From assembly GCA_943329075.2 (NCBI GenBank), contig CALQCM020000014.1, forward strand, positions 11,076 through 75,075: DNA of 64,000 bases. Direction: 5' to 3'. A model generated the notes under the pieces. The model did not search any database. It was not told the DNA's origin and saw nothing but the letters and a program-made list of their open reading frames with translations. Below are positions 61,720 through 64,000 of the stretch, piece by piece (the stretch's first letter is position 1; every line of letters starts with the position of its first letter). Source of the DNA: Chitinophaga pinensis (lineage in GTDB: Bacteria > Pseudomonadota > Gammaproteobacteria > Burkholderiales > SG8-41). The position numbers and the translations under genes are program-made.

Positions 61720-62820
61720 ATGGCTGTCAGCACTACCCCCGAAATCATCGCCGACATGCGGGCCGGCAAAATGGTCATCCTCGTTGATGAAGAAGACCGC
61801 GAAAACGAGGGTGACCTCGTGCAGGCCGCGGACTTTGTTACGCCTGAAACAATCAACTTCATGGCGCGCTACGGCCGCGGCCTGATCTGCCTGACGCTGA
61901 CCGAAGAGAAATGCCGGCAGTTGAACCTGCCGCTGATGGTGTCGCACAACAATTCGCCGCTGGGCACCAATTTCACGGTGTCGATCGAAGCAGCGGAGGG
62001 GGTGACCACCGGTATTTCGGCGGCGGACCGCGCGCGCACGGTGCAGGCAGCGGTACGCGCCGACGCCGGCCCCGTGGATATCGTGCAACCCGGCCACATT
62101 TTCCCGTTGAAGGCGCAGAACGGCGGTGTGCTGGTGCGCGCTGGTCATACCGAGGCGGGTTGTGATCTCGCGCAGCTTGCCGGCGTGACGCCGGCGGCGG
62201 TGATCTGTGAAATCCTGAAGGAAGACGGCGAAATGGCACGCCTGCCGGACCTGATCGAGTTCGGTCAGCAACATGGCATCAAGATCGGTACCATCGCCGA
62301 TCTCATTCATTACCGCAGTCGCACCGAATCGCTGGTGCAGCGCGTCTCCGAGCGTGAAATCGAAACCGTGCAGGGCAAATTCAAGCTGGTGGTTTACAGC
62401 GACCGCATCGGCAACGCCACGCATCTGGCGCTGGTGCGCGGCGAGTTGAAGCCCGGGCGCGAGGCGCTGGTGCGTGTGCATGAGCCGCTGTCGGTGATTG
62501 ACCTGCTCGATGTGAAAAGCGCCAGCCACTCATGGAATTTCAACCGCGCACTCGCCGCGGTGGCGCGTTCGGAATGCGGCGTTATCGTGCTGCTGCACCG
62601 TCCCGAAACTGCCGGCGATCTGGCGGAACGGGCGCTGCCGGGCGCCATTGCAGTCAATCCGAAAAACGCGCTGCGCACCTACGGCATCGGCGCGCAGATC
62701 CTGCGCGATCTGAAGGTGACGAAAATGCGATTGATGTCGAAGCCGCGTAGAATGCCGAGCATGGCGGGTTTCGATCTGCAGGTCACCGGTTACGTGCTGC
62801 CGGAAGACGAGCCGAGCTAG
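61720..62820 (+). CDS. ribBA: 3,4-dihydroxy-2-butanone-4-phosphate synthase fused to a degenerate GTP cyclohydrolase II-like domain (RibBX type)
   Basis: The N-domain has [11 protein letters not shown] and VRAGHTEA motifs. The C-domain aligns with RibA but lacks the Zn cysteines ([14 protein letters not shown] instead of VRVHSECLTGD). Confidence 0.9.
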   Translation: MAVSTTPEIIADMRAGKMVILVDEEDRENEGDLVQAADFVTPETINFMARYGRGLICLTLTEEKCRQLNLPLMVSHNNSPLGTNFTVSIEAAEGVTTGISAADRARTVQAAVRADAGPVDIVQPGHIFPLKAQNGGVLVRAGHTEAGCDLAQLAGVTPAAVICEILKEDGEMARLPDLIEFGQQHGIKIGTIADLIHYRSRTESLVQRVSEREIETVQGKFKLVVYSDRIGNATHLALVRGELKPGREALVRVHEPLSVIDLLDVKSASHSWNFNRALAAVARSECGVIVLLHRPETAGDLAERALPGAIAVNPKNALRTYGIGAQILRDLKVTKMRLMSKPRRMPSMAGFDLQVTGYVLPEDEPS

Positions 62821-62921
62821 CTTTTTCGAGTGGTTTGATTATCCAACCCTCCCCCTCAGGAAGAGGGTGAAAACGGAACCGATTTTCTTGCGAAAATCGG
62901 CGAGTGACTTAGAAGGTTGAT

Positions 62922-63398
62922 ATGTCCGATTACGATTCCATTGAAGAAATAGATGTCAACAGGGAAGGTGCCGGCCTGCGCATCGGCATCGTCGCGGCGC
63001 GCTTCAGTGCCGACGTCACCGACGGCCTGCTCGCCGGTTGCACCGCGGAGCTGACCAAACTCGGCGTGCGCAATGCCGACATCCTCATCGCGACGGTGCC
63101 CGGCGCGCTCGAATTGCCGCTGGCACTGCAGACGATGGCGGAAAGTGGTGATTACGACGCCCTGATCGCGCTCGGCGCGGTGATCCGCGGCGAGACCTAT
63201 CACTTCGAAATCGTTTCCAACGAGTCGGCGCGCGGCATCATGAACGTGCAGCTCGACACCGGCGTGCCCATCGCCAACGGCGTGTTGACGACCGAGAACG
63301 ACGAACAGGCCGAAGTGCGCATGATGCAGAAGGGCGCCGATTGCGCGGCTGCGGCCGTCGAGATGGCGAACCTGCTTAAAGTCGTCGGCAAGTCGTGA
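62922..63398 (+). CDS. ribH: 6,7-dimethyl-8-ribityllumazine synthase
   Basis: [10 protein letters not shown]...VPGALELP...[12 protein letters not shown]... Confidence 0.95.
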   Translation: MSDYDSIEEIDVNREGAGLRIGIVAARFSADVTDGLLAGCTAELTKLGVRNADILIATVPGALELPLALQTMAESGDYDALIALGAVIRGETYHFEIVSNESARGIMNVQLDTGVPIANGVLTTENDEQAEVRMMQKGADCAAAAVEMANLLKVVGKS

Positions 63399-63874
63399 TG
63401 ATTGAAAAGGAAATTTCCGCGCGCAAGGCAGCGCCGCGCAGCGGCGCCCCCAAAAATGCGCGCCGCCGCTCGCGCGAATTCGCGCTGCAGGGGCTCTACC
63501 AGTGGCAACTCGCCGCCGCCGGCATCAGCGAGATTAAACAGCACCTGGCGACGGTGACGGGCTTTGACCGCGCCGATGGCGAATATTTTTCTGCACTGTT
63601 GTCCGGTGTGATCAATCATGTGGCGGGGCTGGAAGAGGTTTTGCAGCCCTGCCTGGACCGCAAGTTTGTCGAACTGAGCCCGATCGAACGCGCGATTCTG
63701 TTGATTGCCGCATTTGAACTGTCGAATCTGCCGGAAGTGCCGTACCGCGTGGTGATCAACGAGGCGGTCGAACTGGCCAAAAGCTACGGCGGCACCGACG
63801 GCCACAAATACGTCAACGGCGTGCTCGACAAACTCGCCGCGGTGGCGCGGCCTGATGAAATGCGTACAAGGTAA
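63395..63874 (+). CDS. nusB: transcription antitermination factor NusB
   Basis: 4-nt overlap with rib[16 protein letters not shown]...INEAVELAK...FVNGVLDK. Confidence 0.95.
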   Translation: MMIEKEISARKAAPRSGAPKNARRRSREFALQGLYQWQLAAAGISEIKQHLATVTGFDRADGEYFSALLSGVINHVAGLEEVLQPCLDRKFVELSPIERAILLIAAFELSNLPEVPYRVVINEAVELAKSYGGTDGHKYVNGVLDKLAAVARPDEMRTR

Positions 63875-63885
63875 CGGTTGCGAGA

Positions 63886-64000
63886 TGAACGACAAGATCA
63901 AAACCAGAATCATCCTGTTTTACATCGGCGGCATTTTCAACGCCATGCTCGGGCTCTACGTGGTATTCGAGGGGCCGGCATTTCTGCCGGAAGACCAGGT
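63886..64000 (+). CDS. possible small membrane protein (3' end beyond window)
   Basis: ATG 63886 opens a frame reading MNDKIKTRIILFYIGGIFNAMLGLYVVFEGPAF.. to the window edge. Only 38 codons are visible. Hydrophobic. Confidence 0.3.

Noticed and set aside
62821-62921. FMN (RFN) riboswitch between ribBA and ribH, or upstream of ribD
   Set aside because: The gap is ~100 nt and is dominated by a CCCTCCCC/GAGGG hairpin repeat and a second short hairpin. It lacks the multi-helix RFN core. The ribD leader consists of GGATTGAG repeats instead.
1-64000. Search for defence systems, toxin-antitoxin pairs, retrons, integrases/transposases, prophage genes, tRNA/rRNA genes
   Set aside because: No ORF showed nuclease/helicase/methylase, reverse transcriptase, recombinase, capsid/terminase or small TA-like paired architecture. 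No cloverleaf-like or rRNA-like segments were seen in the short intergenic regions. This is a by-eye scan only, so small or highly divergent systems could have been missed.

Overview
This is a high-GC (~63%) proteobacterial chromosomal segment, and it looks betaproteobacterial (Burkholderiales-like). Two things point that way: the expansion of Bug/TctC periplasmic receptor genes, and the glyA-nrdR-ribD-ribE-ribBA-ribH-nusB synteny. All calls rest on by-eye motif recognition in the supplied ORF translations; no homology search was run.

The window splits into two parts.

(1) Accessory part, nt 1 to about 45,000. This is a mosaic of small catabolic operons, each built around a Bug/TctC-family receptor. 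There are 12 paralogs and no TctA/TctB membrane genes. The partner enzymes include:
- metallo-beta-lactamase-fold (MBL) hydrolases and alpha/beta hydrolases
- an opine-dehydrogenase-like protein
- an acyl-CoA dehydrogenase
- a TcuA-like flavoprotein with EtfBA and an MmgE/PrpD protein
- a formamidase
- a CoA-transferase with a crotonase
- a haloacetate-dehalogenase-like hydrolase
- an FMN alpha-hydroxyacid oxidase
- Ldh_2 and Gfo/Idh/MocA oxidoreductases
- three GSTs and a MAPEG protein

Many of these enzymes carry Sec or Tat signals. I recognise no transcription factor in this part.

(2) Housekeeping part, about 45,000 to 64,000. It holds an alpha-carbonic anhydrase, an NitT/TauT-type ABC transporter, a CBS protein, a 514-aa unknown protein with a PilZ-like C-terminus, an esterase, mog, yjgA, pmbA, a TRAP transporter, glyA, nrdR, the rib operon and nusB.

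At least six families of short palindromic (REP/MITE-like) repeats are scattered through the intergenic regions.

I found no CRISPR array, tRNA/rRNA, transposase, integrase, phage gene or recognisable defence system. The candidates most worth follow-up are:
- the duplicated secreted MBL (HxHxEH) plus alpha/beta-hydrolase plus Bug modules
- the TcuB-less TcuA-like/ETF/Bug/PrpD cluster
- the atypical pyruvate-kinase-like protein with an N-terminal extension, an apparently doubled lid domain and no C-domain
- the PilZ-like unknown protein
- the fluoroacetate-dehalogenase-like enzyme

The many long antisense ORFs in the track are GC-driven shadow ORFs.
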